DNA of 64,000 nucleotides from an uncultured Nitrospinota bacterium. Its GTDB lineage: Bacteria > Tectomicrobia > Entotheonellia > J063 > CAVPRW01. Location of the stretch: assembly GCA_963707985.1 (NCBI GenBank), contig CAVPRW010000010.1:32001-96000 (forward strand), given 5' to 3'. The translations under genes were made by a program, and so were the position numbers. The notes under the pieces were generated by a model that saw only the letters and a program-made list of their open reading frames with translations, did no database searches and was not told the DNA's origin. Every line of letters starts with the position of its first letter. Within the stretch, counting starts at the first letter, position 1. This document shows, piece by piece, positions 63,489 to 64,000 of this stretch.

Positions 63489-64000
63489 GAGACGCTCTCC
63501 TCATTGCCTGGGGACTGGACTGTGCCCCAATGCTTGCTGCCAACGCTAAGTGCTCAGGACCGCCGATGCATGCCAGGGATGCAGGGTGCGCGACTGCCTG
63601 GAACTGACGATGACGCTGTGACTTGAGCGTGAGAATTCTGGCCACGGCCCGATCCACCAGGGATTCGGCCAACTCACCGCGCTGCACGGCGCTAAGGAGA
63701 CGAGCGTATGCCTGCTCCTGCCGCTCGCGCTGATGGCAGATGAGCAGCAGATCAACTCCAGCGCGTAAAGCCTGCACTGGGACCTCTTCCCATGGCATGG
63801 TCTCCGAGACCGCCGCCATGCCCAAGTCGTCGCTGATAATGACTCCTTGAAAGCCAACCTGTACACGTAGGATGCCCGTGAGAATTGCCGACGACAGAGT
63901 CGCTGGGAGGTCTGCATCCCAGGCTTTGTATATGACATGGGCGGTCATGATGGCCTCGAGACCAGCTGCTATCGCTGCATGAAAGGGCAGGAGCTCACAG
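63478..64000 (-). CDS. nagZ: Beta-N-acetylhexosaminidase (GH3), 5' end outside the window
   Basis: IMTAHV, PATLS, FQGVIISDDLGM and AGVDLLL. Confidence 0.82.
   Translation of the reverse strand, partial: CELLPFHAAIAAGLEAIMTAHVIYKAWDADLPATLSSAILTGILRVQVGFQGVIISDDLGMAAVSETMPWEEVPVQALRAGVDLLLICHQRERQEQAYARLLSAVQRGELAESLVDRAVARILTLKSQRHRQFQAVAHPASLACIGGPEHLALAASIGAQSSPQAMRRASHGA

Overview
A GC-rich bacterial window. The gene repertoire resembles Ca. Tectomicrobia ('Entotheonella'-like), which is inference only. It has four zones. (1) 1-7.9 kb is a decayed accessory patch: an LLM oxidoreductase, a 468-bp MITE-like element with ~60-bp inverted repeats, two toxin-antitoxin pairs whose toxins are both broken, PD-(D/E)xK-like genes, a pentapeptide-repeat remnant, IS630/IS5 scraps, an SMR-type transporter and an alpha/beta hydrolase lacking its catalytic Ser/His. 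(2) 8-21.3 kb is a co-oriented minus-strand NRPS/PKS accessory cassette with no megasynthase in view: TolC*, MFP, RND*, DUF697, SPFH/prohibitin, DUF697, type II thioesterase, MbtH fusion, SyrD-like cyclic-peptide ABC exporter and PksG-like HMG-CoA synthase (* = disrupted). (3) 21.5-41.7 kb holds an esterase, two convergent chagasin-like inhibitors, a Mo-hydroxylase large subunit with a capped MoaD, a MacAB-TolC-like operon without an ATPase gene, a second RND operon and an NtrC-type regulator. The best finding is in that RND operon. Its cation:proton antiporter-rhodanese fusion stops at a TGA inside the motif YCA-[TGA]-PQEATSARVA, continues in frame for 49 codons to complete the rhodanese fold, and is followed by a SECIS-like hairpin. 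This makes it a candidate selenoprotein ion antiporter. (4) 42-64 kb is mostly housekeeping: eIF2B-like, AlkA, HAD, tRNA-Cys, GNAT, recG (many frameshifts, probably assembly error), rpmB, rel, tatA, metallophosphoesterase, dacA, ftsH, DUF151, two DUF507, cysQ-like, PHP and partial nagZ. All family calls come from reading motifs by eye; no database searches were run.
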